Of a stretch of DNA of 64,000 nt, positions 55,778 through 63,921 are shown piece after piece. Each line of letters starts with the position of its first letter. Position 1 is the stretch's first letter. Both the position numbers and the translations under genes were made by a program. Source of the DNA: Candidatus Staskawiczbacteria bacterium RIFCSPHIGHO2_02_FULL_42_22 (GTDB lineage Bacteria; Patescibacteriota; Minisyncoccia; Minisyncoccales; Staskawiczbacteraceae); assembly GCA_001820175.1 (NCBI GenBank), contig MHOT01000012.1:124-64123 (forward strand). The letters are read 5' to 3'. Below the pieces are notes generated by a model. It was not told the DNA's origin and searched no databases. It saw nothing but the letters and a program-made list of their open reading frames with translations.

Positions 55778-56254
55778 ATGGACGAAAAAACTTTTTTTAT
55801 CACGAAAGCAAAATTGCAAGAATTAAAACAGGAGCACGAAAAGCTGGTTTTGGCCGAGCGCGACAAAACAGTTGGCCAGGAGGCGCCTAGAATTCTTGAA
55901 TCAGAGGATTTAAATCCCGAGTTCGTCAGTTTCCAGGAAGACATAGGGGCATTGCGTGGCAGGATTGACGAACTGGAAAATATTTTTGAAAATTATCAAT
56001 TAATAAAAAAACCACCAAAAGAAAGACAGGTAATGGTTGATTTGGGGGCAAAGGTGGGGGTGGATATCAACGGCCAACACGACGAATTTATGATTATGGG
56101 GACTTTGGAGGCCGATCCGGTGCTGGGTCGCATTAGTAATGAATCACCGGTTGGTAGGGCACTGGTGGGGCGCAAGGTGGGAGACGAAGTTGATGTTTTT
56201 CTCCCCGAGAAAACAACCTATAAAATAAAGCATATCAGTTACGAAATCAGTTAA
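55778..56254 (+). CDS. greA: transcription elongation factor GreA
   Basis: N-terminal coiled coil ...TKAKLQELKQEHEKLV... and C-terminal FKBP-like GRISNESPVGRALVGRKVGDEVDV. Confidence 0.8.
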   Translation: MDEKTFFITKAKLQELKQEHEKLVLAERDKTVGQEAPRILESEDLNPEFVSFQEDIGALRGRIDELENIFENYQLIKKPPKERQVMVDLGAKVGVDINGQHDEFMIMGTLEADPVLGRISNESPVGRALVGRKVGDEVDVFLPEKTTYKIKHISYEIS

Positions 56255-56284
56255 CAATGTGAGAGAGGCCCGTAACTGCTCACT

Positions 56285-56465
56285 GGGTATGCAGCGTAAT
56301 CCTAATCTCCGTTCGTCATTGCGAGGCCGGAGACGGGGCGAATTTGTTGCGACAAATTACGCCTCGCGTCTGGCCAGCCGTGGCAATCCCCGTCGTCGTT
56401 TGGTGGTGGAGATTGCCGCGTCGTCCTTCGCCCTGGCTCAGGACTCCTCGCAATGACGGGAGGTG
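56285..56465. repeat. GC-rich palindromic elements (2 units)
   Basis: ccgttcgtcattgcgaggccggagacggggcgaatttgttgcgacaaattacgcctcgcgtctggcc...gtggcaatcc...ggagattgccgcgtcgtcc...cctcgcaatgacggg. Confidence 0.65.
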
Positions 56466-56497
56466 TAACATGTCCAGTGAGCAGTTACAGAGGCCTT

Positions 56498-56677
56498 ATG
56501 GACATCACATCCAGAAACCGCACTAAAGTCGCCGGCGGTTTGGCAATCTTGGGCGGCTTGGAACAAAAAATATGCGAGGCGTAGCCGAAGCTACGGCGAA
56601 CATATTTTTTGTGAAAACTGCCCAAGATTGCCAAATCCGGCAAGACTTGGAGTGCGGTTTCTGGATGTGATGTCCAT
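56498..56677. repeat. family-B MITE-like element, copy 4
   Basis: Perfect 27-bp TIRs, TA flanks; the flanking host sequence aggcctt/aagggcct is itself palindromic. Confidence 0.7.
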
Positions 56678-56730
56678 AAGGGCCTTTTTTGTTATTTTGT
56701 AGTATAATGAAGCATTAATTATTTTATCTT

Positions 56731-57375
56731 ATGCCAAAATTATTCAATAAAATAATAAAGCTGTTAATTTTAAGCGATTTCTTTTTAAATTTGGGATGGG
56801 GTTTTATGGGCCCAATATTCGCTATTTTTCTTGTTCAGCAGGTGGCTTTCTCAAATATTGCCCAGGGCGCTAAAATTGCCGGTTTTGCCGCACTGTGCTT
56901 TTGGATTACCAAGTCATTATTGCAAATTCCCATTGGCCGCTATCTAGATAAAAACCATGGCGAAGTAGATGATTTTTGGTTCATGTTTATTGGAACCTGC
57001 ATGATGGCCCTGGTGCCCTTGGGATATCTTTTTTCAACCGAGGCCTGGCACATCTACGTTCTGCAAATTTTCTACGCCATGGCAGCTGCAATTAATTTTC
57101 CGTCCTGGTCGGCAATATTTACCCGGCATATTGACGAAGGCAAGGAGGCCGTTGAATGGAGCACCCATAGCACAGTTTCGGGTCTGGGGGTGGGAGTCGC
57201 CGGTGGCATTGGGGGTATTGCCGTGGCGTATTTTGGATTTGTGTCGGTATTTATGTTTGTAAGCACTTTTACCTTTTTGGCTGCCGCATTGCTGCTCACT
57301 ATTAGGAAAGATATCTCTCCCTTTAATAAAGACGTGATAAGAATTCCAGTGCAAAGGCCGATGCACAAGTTATAG
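56731..57375 (+). CDS. six-TM MFS-like half-transporter (possibly truncated)
   Basis: 6 predicted helices in 214 aa with an MFS-like loop motif GRYLDK. Confidence 0.35.
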   Translation: MPKLFNKIIKLLILSDFFLNLGWGFMGPIFAIFLVQQVAFSNIAQGAKIAGFAALCFWITKSLLQIPIGRYLDKNHGEVDDFWFMFIGTCMMALVPLGYLFSTEAWHIYVLQIFYAMAAAINFPSWSAIFTRHIDEGKEAVEWSTHSTVSGLGVGVAGGIGGIAVAYFGFVSVFMFVSTFTFLAAALLLTIRKDISPFNKDVIRIPVQRPMHKL

Positions 57376-57394
57376 TTAAGAGTTTGGCGAATAA

Positions 57395-57480
57395 TACCTC
57401 CTCCGTGTCATTCCCGCGAAAGCGGGAATCCAGATTCTCAAACAAAAACGCTAGATTCCCGCTTTCGCAGGAATGACAAT
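57395..57480. repeat. GC-rich palindromic element, variant subfamily (second copy)
   Basis: ccgtgtcattcccgcgaaagcgggaatccagattctcaaacaaaaacgctagattcccgctttcgcaggaatgacaat. Confidence 0.65.
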
Positions 57481-57518
57481 AAGGGTGGCATTAGGTGTTA
57501 TCTGCCAAGCTCAGTTAA

Positions 57519-59252
57519 GTGTTATATAGAATGAGAAATCAGGAAATTGCAAAATTATTTTATGATCTGGCGCGGTTTTTAGAAATAGATGGCGTGGCTT
57601 TTAAGCCCTATGCCTATCAGCGGGCGGCTGCTTCTTTAGAGGGGTTAAAAGAAGATGTGGCTGACATGTACCGGCGTGGAGGTAAAGAAACGTTGCAAGA
57701 AATTCCAGGAGTGGGAAAAAATATTGCATTTCACATTGAAGAATATTTAAAAAAGGGCAAAATTACGGATTTAGAACGTTTCAAAAAACGGTTGCCGGTA
57801 AAGATGGATGAACTGTTAAGGGTAGAAGGATTGGGCCCTAAAAAAATAAAAGTATTGTATCAAAAATTGGGAATTAAGGATATAAAAACTTTGGAAAAAG
57901 CGGTAAAAAAACATGAAATTGCACCATTGTTTGGTTTTGGCCAAAAAACCGAGCAAAACATTGTGCAGGGGTTAGAATTTTTAAAACAAAACAAGGGAAG
58001 GGTGTTGTTGCAAAAAATAACGCCGGTGGCAAAGGAGGTGTTGGAAAAATTAAAAGCGCTCCAAGGGGTTGAGCGGGCAAGTTTGGCTGGGTCTTTGCGC
58101 AGGGGTAAAGAAACCATCGGAGATGTAGATTTTTTAGTGGCTTCTGATAAGCCCGAAAAAATCATGGATTTTTTTGTTGCTCTGCCGGGGGTTAAAAAAG
58201 TGTGGGGCAAGGGGGGGACGAAGGCATCGGTGCACATGGCTGCGGGATTTGACATGGATTTACGGGTGGTGCCCGAAAAGAGTTACGGGGCGGCGCTGCA
58301 GTATTTTACCGGTTCTCAAGCCCATAATATTTTGACTCGGAAGCTGGCCATTGATAAAGGGTTGAAATTAAGTGAGTATGGCGTTTTTAAGGGTTCAAAA
58401 ATGATTGCCGGAAAAACCGAACAAGAAGTTTATAAAGCCATTGGTTTACCCTACATAGAACCAGAATTACGCGAAGATCAGGGGGAAATTGATGCGGCTT
58501 TGCAAGGAAAGCTACCAACATTAGTTACATTAAAAGATATTAAAGGGGATTTGCATTGCCATTCCAATTGGAATGGCGGCCAGCATTCTATTGAAGTAAT
58601 GGCTAAAACCGCCATGGAAAAGGGTTATGAATACATTGGTATTTCCGACCATTCAAAGACGCTAAAAATCGAAAATGGCTTGAATGAAAAACAGTTACTG
58701 GACCAACATAAAGCAATTGAAAAAATAAACGCGAAATTTTTGGCAAGTGGCCGAAAATTTCGAGTTTTACATGGCGTGGAGGCCGACGTCTTAAAAGATG
58801 GATCTATTGATATTGACGATAAGGTGCTTAAACAATTAGATTATGTAATTGCCTCGGTACATTTAAATACTAAAATGGAAAAGCCCCAAATGATGGCTCG
58901 AATTGAAAAAGCCATGAAAAATCCTCACGTAGATATTATCGGGCATCCCACAGGAAGAATTGTAAATCAGCGCGACGAGTACCAAATTGACATGGATCGG
59001 TTGTTGAAAATTGCCAAAGAAACCGGAATAATTTTAGAAATTAATTCTTCGGCCAGATTGGACTTACGGGATTTTTACATCAGGCGCGCCAAAGCCGAAG
59101 GGGTCAAAATGATTATTAATACCGATTCACACCACAAAGACCAGATGGATTTAATGCCCTATGGCGTAGCGCAGGCCCGAAGAGGTTGGAGTGAATGTAG
59201 TGACATAATAAATACCTTGCCCGCCGAAAAATTATTAGAATATTTTAAATAA
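57519..59252 (+). CDS. polX: family X DNA polymerase with C-terminal PHP domain
   Basis: HhH motifs, Pol-beta-like nucleotidyltransferase GDVDFLV, PHP histidines HCHSNW...DH...H. Confidence 0.85.
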   Translation: MLYRMRNQEIAKLFYDLARFLEIDGVAFKPYAYQRAAASLEGLKEDVADMYRRGGKETLQEIPGVGKNIAFHIEEYLKKGKITDLERFKKRLPVKMDELLRVEGLGPKKIKVLYQKLGIKDIKTLEKAVKKHEIAPLFGFGQKTEQNIVQGLEFLKQNKGRVLLQKITPVAKEVLEKLKALQGVERASLAGSLRRGKETIGDVDFLVASDKPEKIMDFFVALPGVKKVWGKGGTKASVHMAAGFDMDLRVVPEKSYGAALQYFTGSQAHNILTRKLAIDKGLKLSEYGVFKGSKMIAGKTEQEVYKAIGLPYIEPELREDQGEIDAALQGKLPTLVTLKDIKGDLHCHSNWNGGQHSIEVMAKTAMEKGYEYIGISDHSKTLKIENGLNEKQLLDQHKAIEKINAKFLASGRKFRVLHGVEADVLKDGSIDIDDKVLKQLDYVIASVHLNTKMEKPQMMARIEKAMKNPHVDIIGHPTGRIVNQRDEYQIDMDRLLKIAKETGIILEINSSARLDLRDFYIRRAKAEGVKMIINTDSHHKDQMDLMPYGVAQARRGWSECSDIINTLPAEKLLEYFK

Positions 59253-59256
59253 TATC

Positions 59257-59763
59257 ATGAAATTAATTTTAATAAATGGTTTGGGTGGGGCGGGCAAATC
59301 CAGCTCTGGTAAAGCTTTAATGCGTGCAATGGATAGTTCTGCCTATATAGGGTTAGATTCTCTAGTTGCCACCAATCCTTGGGAATTTAATAAAAAAACT
59401 GATGATCTTGGCATTAAAAATGCCATAAGTTTAATACGTAATTTTTCTGAAACTGGATTTGAGAATATTATTATATCTGGTTTAACGAGAAACCAAGAAA
59501 TCTTAAATGATTTTTTGAGTTCATTAAATCAAAAAGCAGATATATTATTTATATGGTTATACGCCGATGCCGATCAAAGAATACTAAGAAAAGAAAAAAG
59601 AAATAGAGATCAGGCAGATAAAAGAGAAGATTTCAATTCTTTAGATGTTTTAATTCCAAATATAAAATCAATTGAAATAAAAGAAGGCAAGTCCGTTTTT
59701 ATAGATACTTCGCATAAGAGCGTAGAGCAAGTAGTGCAGGAAATTTTAAGTTATACTAAATAA
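59257..59763 (+). CDS. P-loop NTPase/kinase-like protein
   Basis: Walker A INGLGGAGKSS at the N-terminus; 168 aa. Confidence 0.4.
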   Translation: MKLILINGLGGAGKSSSGKALMRAMDSSAYIGLDSLVATNPWEFNKKTDDLGIKNAISLIRNFSETGFENIIISGLTRNQEILNDFLSSLNQKADILFIWLYADADQRILRKEKRNRDQADKREDFNSLDVLIPNIKSIEIKEGKSVFIDTSHKSVEQVVQEILSYTK

Positions 59764-59764
59764 T

Positions 59765-60226
59765 ATGCCAAGGGAAAAATCGGCAGGAGCAATTATATAT
59801 AGAATGGAAAATAAGGTGCCGTACTTTCTGCTTTTGCATTACCCGTCGGGGCATTGGGAATTTGCTAAGGGCCACATTGAAGAAGGTGAAAACCAGGAGC
59901 AGGCGGCTTTGCGGGAAATAGAAGAAGAAACCGGAATTACCGATCTAAAAATAATCCCCGGATTTAAAGAGTATATTAAATATTTTTTTCGCAATAATTA
60001 TGATATGGTCAAGGAAGATAAGAATAAGGCGCCGTGGATTTTTAAACTGGTGGTATTTTATTTGGCCCAAACCCAAACAGAGGTGGTGAAAATTTCAGAC
60101 GAACATATTGGTTTTGCGTGGCTTTCTTACCAAGAGGCCTTAAAAAAACTAACCTTTAAGAATGCAAAAAATTTACTTAAAAAAGCCAATGACGCCCTTT
60201 CAAAAAAAAGTGTACCGAGTGGTTAA
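59765..60226 (+). CDS. NUDIX hydrolase
   Basis: Nudix box GHWEFAKGHIEEGENQEQAALREIEEETGI. Confidence 0.8.
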   Translation: MPREKSAGAIIYRMENKVPYFLLLHYPSGHWEFAKGHIEEGENQEQAALREIEEETGITDLKIIPGFKEYIKYFFRNNYDMVKEDKNKAPWIFKLVVFYLAQTQTEVVKISDEHIGFAWLSYQEALKKLTFKNAKNLLKKANDALSKKSVPSG

Positions 60227-60440
60227 ACAGATTCCCGAAGGAAGAGTGTTAACGTACCAGCAGGTAGCTCAAATGATAGGGATCCCAAGGGCAGCTCGAG
60301 CCGTAGGGAATGCACTCAATAAAAATTATGACCCAGCTATTCCTTGTCACAGGGTTGTTAAAAGCAACGGAGAGTTTGGGGGATACAATCGCGGCATTGT
60401 TAAGAAAATAGCCCTACTAAAGCAAGAAAAATTTTTGTAA
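60162..60440 (+). CDS. ogt: methylated-DNA-protein-cysteine methyltransferase (DNA-binding/active-site domain only)
   Basis: Active-site PCHRVV, preceded by a helix-turn-helix. The true start is probably the internal ATG at 60189. Confidence 0.75.
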   Translation: MQKIYLKKPMTPFQKKVYRVVKQIPEGRVLTYQQVAQMIGIPRAARAVGNALNKNYDPAIPCHRVVKSNGEFGGYNRGIVKKIALLKQEKFL

Positions 60441-60445
60441 ATTAA

Positions 60446-60483
60446 GAAAATACCGCACGGCCCATGGGCCGTGCGGTATTTTC
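60446..60483. terminator. bidirectional terminator between ogt and rplT
   Basis: gaaaataccgcacggcccatgggccgtgcggtattttc. Confidence 0.7.
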
Positions 60484-60522
60484 TTGGTTTATTGGGATTC
60501 GTGAGTTAGTTGTGGCAATTCG

Positions 60523-60870
60523 TTATTTTTTTACTTCTTCAATGATTTTTTCGAATACGTTAGGATATTTTTTGATTAATTCAGATAAGATTTTCCTATC
60601 AAGGTTGATTTTTTTTAATTTTAACCCATGGATTAATTTACTATAGTTGATTCCTAATTTTCGGGCCGCGGCGTTAATTTGCAATTGCCATAATTGCCGA
60701 AAGTCCCTCTTTTTTACTTTTCTATCCCTATAAGAAAACGTCCAGGCGTGGCGCAAAGCATCTTTGGCCAACTTGTACTTTGATTTTCGGCCATATTTAA
60801 AACCCTTGGCATGTTTTAGCAAGTGTTTTTTATGTTTATGGGCGGCAGCTCCTTTTTTGACTCTAGTCAT
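60523..60870 (-). CDS. rplT: 50S ribosomal protein L20
   Basis: MTRVKKGAAAHKHKKHLLKHAKGF... Confidence 0.9.
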   Translation of the reverse strand: MTRVKKGAAAHKHKKHLLKHAKGFKYGRKSKYKLAKDALRHAWTFSYRDRKVKKRDFRQLWQLQINAAARKLGINYSKLIHGLKLKKINLDRKILSELIKKYPNVFEKIIEEVKK

Positions 60871-60980
60871 GTTCTAGAATTTAAAATTTAAAATGATAAA
60901 TTTAAAAACAATGATAAATTTCAGAATTTTTAAATTAGTGCTTTTAAATTGTTTTTAAATTTTGAATTCGGATTTTTAAA

Positions 60981-61169
60981 TTAACTTTGTAAGTATCGCT
61001 TAACTCTCTTAGTTTCCGATTGAGATAATTGGATCCACTTTCGGCCCTTTCTTCGCATCTGGCCGGTTTTTTTTGAACGATAATGGTTTTGGCCCGAGGC
61101 ACGCCGCAAAATCTTCCCCGTTCCGGTGATTTTAAATCTTTTTATAATGGCTTTTTTTGTCTTATTCAT
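60981..61169 (-). CDS. rpmI: 50S ribosomal protein L35
   Basis: MNKTKKAIIKRFKITGTGKILRR...; infC-rpmI-rplT gene order. Confidence 0.85.
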   Translation of the reverse strand: MNKTKKAIIKRFKITGTGKILRRASGQNHYRSKKTGQMRRKGRKWIQLSQSETKRVKRYLQS

Positions 61170-61275
61170 GTGGGTGCGATGCTAATATACTAATTCATGC
61201 TAATTATACTAATACGTCAACGAATACGTTTTTATTCGTATTATTAGTATGCATTCGTATATTGGCATCGCATTT
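61170..61275. repeat. family-D hairpin element, copy 2 (between infC and rpmI)
   Basis: gcgatgctaatatactaattcatgctaat...attagtatgcattcgtatattggcatcgc. Confidence 0.6.
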
Positions 61276-61783
61276 ACTCTTTCGATACAATCATCGTAAA
61301 CCCTTTTATTTCTCGTTTTAATTCCCGTTCTACTTTTAGTGGTATTAATTTATCAGTAGTTTCAAGAAAGAAAATCATTTTTTGTTTTGCCAGCTCGCCC
61401 ATGGCTTTCTCTCTGCCTTTCAGCACCATACTTACCTTTACTTTATCGCCCTCTTTGATAAATTTCTCTGCTTGCTTGGCTTTTGTTTCAATGTCGCCGG
61501 CGGCTATATTAAACCCAATCTGGATTTCTTTTAACTTAGTAATTTTGGTATTTACCTTTATTTTCTTTTCTTTTTTTTGCAGTGAATAGAGATATTTTCC
61601 GTAGTTGGCAATGCGACATACCGGCGGCTGGACTTTTTCGGTTACCTGAATTAAATCCAGTCCTTTGCTTTTTGCCAATTCAATGGCCGCAAAAATATTC
61701 ATCACTCCCAGTTGTTCGCCGGTCTCACTGATGACCCGCACTTCTTTTGCCCGTATGAAATTGTTGATTAATACTTTTTCCAA
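61274..61783 (-). CDS. infC: translation initiation factor IF-3, probable non-ATG start
   Basis: IRAKEVRVISETGEQLGVM...PPVCRIANYGKYLY. The listed ATG start at 61912 would run through a GC-rich repeat. A TTG at 61781-61783 preceded by aaggaaaa fits the usual IF-3 atypical start. The 5' boundary is uncertain. Confidence 0.7.
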   Translation of the reverse strand: MEKVLINNFIRAKEVRVISETGEQLGVMNIFAAIELAKSKGLDLIQVTEKVQPPVCRIANYGKYLYSLQKKEKKIKVNTKITKLKEIQIGFNIAAGDIETKAKQAEKFIKEGDKVKVSMVLKGREKAMGELAKQKMIFFLETTDKLIPLKVERELKREIKGFTMIVSKE

Positions 61784-61790
61784 ATGATTT

Positions 61791-61866
61791 TCCTTGTCAT
61801 TCTCGGGCTTGACCCGAGAATCCAGAGTTATTCTTGCTGGATTCCGGGCTTTGGCGGGAATGACAT
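61791..61866. repeat. GC-rich palindromic element between infC and ssrA
   Basis: ccttgtcattctcgggcttgacccgagaatccagagttattcttgctggattccgggctttggcgggaatgacatgtgg. Confidence 0.6.
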
Positions 61867-61867
61867 G

Positions 61868-62217
61868 TGGTGGAGATGCCGAGATTGAACTCGGGTCCAA
61901 TAATTTTTTCAAAATAATTCTACAAATGTATTCTGTTTTGTTGTTTGGATATCAAATAAGAAACAGACAAAATTTTTAATATCCTAATCCTCTTAATTTC
62001 AATAATTTTCCGAGGAGAAAAATTATCTATCCTAATAATATAACACCCTTGGTCCGCCTATTAGGAGTCGACGGCAAGGATGCAGCACTAAGCGTATGCT
62101 AATGCTGGTTGCTTATTAAATAAATTAGCAATTATGTTTTTTCTGAAAGTTTAGCCAGATTTCAGAATACTGGATTTGCTTATTTTGAAAGGAACTATTG
62201 TCGAAGCTCACATCCCC
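61868..62217 (-). ncRNA. ssrA: tmRNA (SsrA), one-piece, CCA encoded
   Basis: Minus strand reads 5'-GGGGAUGUGAGCUUCGACAAUAG...GGACCCGAGUUCAAUCUCGGCAUCUCCACCA-3'. The 7-bp acceptor stem GGGGAUG/CAUCUCC has a G3-U pair, and there is a T-arm CCGAG-UUCAAUC-CUCGG. Candidate tag frame GCU AAU UUA UUU AAU AAG CAA CCA GCA UUA GCA UAC GCU UAG (ANLFNKQPALAYA). Immediately downstream of smpB. Confidence 0.75.
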
Positions 62218-62218
62218 A

Positions 62219-62722
62219 TTATTTTAACGCTCGTTGAATGTCGCGCTGGACGTCTCGTTTTTTAATTTTCTCTTTTTTATCAAATTTCTTCTTACCGCGA
62301 GCCAGAGCGAATTCGAGTTTTATCCTACCATTTTGCTCGTAAACTTTCAAGGGGATGAGCGAAAAACCGCGCTCGTTCACTTTACCCATAAGGTAATTAA
62401 TTTCTTTTTTATTTAATAGCAACTTGCGTGGTTGTTCAGGATTATAATCGGCTGGCGCATTTTTGGGCTGATAGGGAGGAATTTTAGCGCCGATGAGCAG
62501 TGGTTCGGCGGCGGCCCGAGGGTGGGAATTTCCGCCTGCGAGCGGAAAATTCTCGCGTCCAGCCGGGCCGCCGCCGCGAATCACCACATACGCCCCCGCC
62601 AAATGCATGTGCCCCGTTTTGATGCTTTTTACCTCTTGGCCAATCAAAACCAGCCCGGCTTCATATTTTTCCAGGATTTCGTAGTCAAACGTGGCCTTCT
62701 TATTTTCAGAATAAATTTCCAT
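62219..62722 (-). CDS. smpB: SsrA-binding protein SmpB, carrying an in-frame GC-rich palindromic insertion
   Basis: ATFDYEILEKYEAGLVLIGQEVKSIK...KLLLNKKEINYLMGKVNERGFSLIPLKVY. About 21 extra residues (GPAGRENFPLAGGNSHPRAAAEP) lie between VVIRGG and LLIGAKI. Confidence 0.85.
   Translation of the reverse strand: MEIYSENKKATFDYEILEKYEAGLVLIGQEVKSIKTGHMHLAGAYVVIRGGGPAGRENFPLAGGNSHPRAAAEPLLIGAKIPPYQPKNAPADYNPEQPRKLLLNKKEINYLMGKVNERGFSLIPLKVYEQNGRIKLEFALARGKKKFDKKEKIKKRDVQRDIQRALK
62507..62576. repeat. 70-bp GC-rich perfect-ended palindrome inside smpB (in frame)
   Basis: gcggcggcccgagggtgggaatttccgcctgcgagcggaaaattctcgcgtccagccgggccgccgc. Confidence 0.65.
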
Positions 62723-62826
62723 GGCTTCATACTATCAGTTTTTTTTCCATCTGAAACTATTGACAAATACTATAGTTTATTATAAAATTCCATGGGAACA
62801 ACAATTCCTTTTTTCTTGGGGGAATC

Positions 62827-63141
62827 ATGAAAAGAATCGCCAAAAGGTCGGTGGTAGTATTTATGTCTGACTGGGGCCCTGCGGTGGGGTTGGTCACGCA
62901 AAAACACAAAAATGGTGTACTCAACGTGACAACTATCTTCCCCGAAAATGATGGTAAGGGCGGGACCTATAATTTGACAGGATGGGAAGTCATTCATCTG
63001 CCCGAGGCAACTGCCGAAGATTTCCATTCAGCATTGGTCGAAATGATTTTTGATCAATCGGAAAGGATCAAGAGTATTGAATCAACGCTGAAGGAGATCC
63101 GGGCATCGGTTTTCGATGCCATTGGATCTGCAAAAAAATGA
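62827..63141 (+). CDS. hypothetical protein
   Basis: 104-aa ORF followed by a terminator. Confidence 0.3.
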   Translation: MKRIAKRSVVVFMSDWGPAVGLVTQKHKNGVLNVTTIFPENDGKGGTYNLTGWEVIHLPEATAEDFHSALVEMIFDQSERIKSIESTLKEIRASVFDAIGSAKK

Positions 63142-63160
63142 TCCTTCCCGGGGTTACTGG

Positions 63161-63193
63161 ACCCGAACATTTCATTTGTTCGGGTTTTTTTTT
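63161..63193 (+). terminator. rho-independent terminator
   Basis: acccgaacatttcatttgttcgggttttttttt. Confidence 0.65.
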
Positions 63194-63241
63194 ACATAAA
63201 AAACTGTATTTTTTGTGATTTCTGTGATAGAATTGGCGATA

Positions 63242-63919
63242 ATGAATAAAGAAAATATCATCATTTCACTGGGCGGATCGCTGGTTGCGCCACAGGAAAT
63301 TGACACCGCTTTTTTGAAAACATTCAAAAAAGCGGTAATAAAATTTTTAGAATCCAAGCGTTTTTTTATATTCGTCGGCGGCGGGAAAGTATGCCGTGAT
63401 TACCAAAAATCATTGCTGGAATTCGGTGCCGACAATAAAGACCGTGATTTAATTGGCATTGATATTTCGCGATTAAATGCGCGGGTTGTGAAGCAATCTT
63501 TCGATAAGTTGGCGTTTGATAACGTAATCACTGATCCCACCAAAAAAGTGAATTCCCGGCGTGATGTGGCGGTATTTGGCGGCTGGAAGCCGGGGTGGTC
63601 AACGGATTACTGCAGTGTGATATTGGCCAAAAATATGGGCATTAAAACCATTGTTAATCTTACCAATATTGATTATGTATACGAAAAAGATCCGAAGAAA
63701 TTTCCGAACGCCAAACCCCTTGAGGAAATCACCTGGAAGGATTTCAGGAAAATAGTGCCGGAAAAATGGAGTCCTGGTTTGTCGGCGCCCTTTGATCCGC
63801 GCGCCAGCAAAATGGCGGAAATTTTAAAGATAAAAGTAATTATGATTAATGGTAAATACTTGGAGCGTTTTGAGAATTTTTTACACAGTAAACCGTTTAT
63901 AGGAACTATCATAAGTTAG
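63242..63919 (+). CDS. pyrH: amino-acid-kinase-fold protein, probable UMP kinase
   Basis: IISLGGSLVAPQE N-terminal motif and FVGGG; length ~225 aa. Start set at MNKENII. Confidence 0.5.
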   Translation: MNKENIIISLGGSLVAPQEIDTAFLKTFKKAVIKFLESKRFFIFVGGGKVCRDYQKSLLEFGADNKDRDLIGIDISRLNARVVKQSFDKLAFDNVITDPTKKVNSRRDVAVFGGWKPGWSTDYCSVILAKNMGIKTIVNLTNIDYVYEKDPKKFPNAKPLEEITWKDFRKIVPEKWSPGLSAPFDPRASKMAEILKIKVIMINGKYLERFENFLHSKPFIGTIIS

Positions 63920-63921
63920 TT

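Noticed and set aside
61784-61912. ATG start of infC at 61912 giving a 212-aa protein
   Set aside because: The extension is encoded by a repeat element and has no IF-3 counterpart. A TTG start with a Shine-Dalgarno-like sequence fits better.
62039-62110. Plus-strand tmRNA start (ggtccgcctattaggagtcgacggcaagg resembles the tmRNA 5' consensus)
   Set aside because: The resemblance comes from the palindromic GTCGAC core. A plus-strand tmRNA from here would run into smpB. The minus-strand reading gives a complete acceptor stem with G-U, a T-arm and CCA, and fits the spacing.
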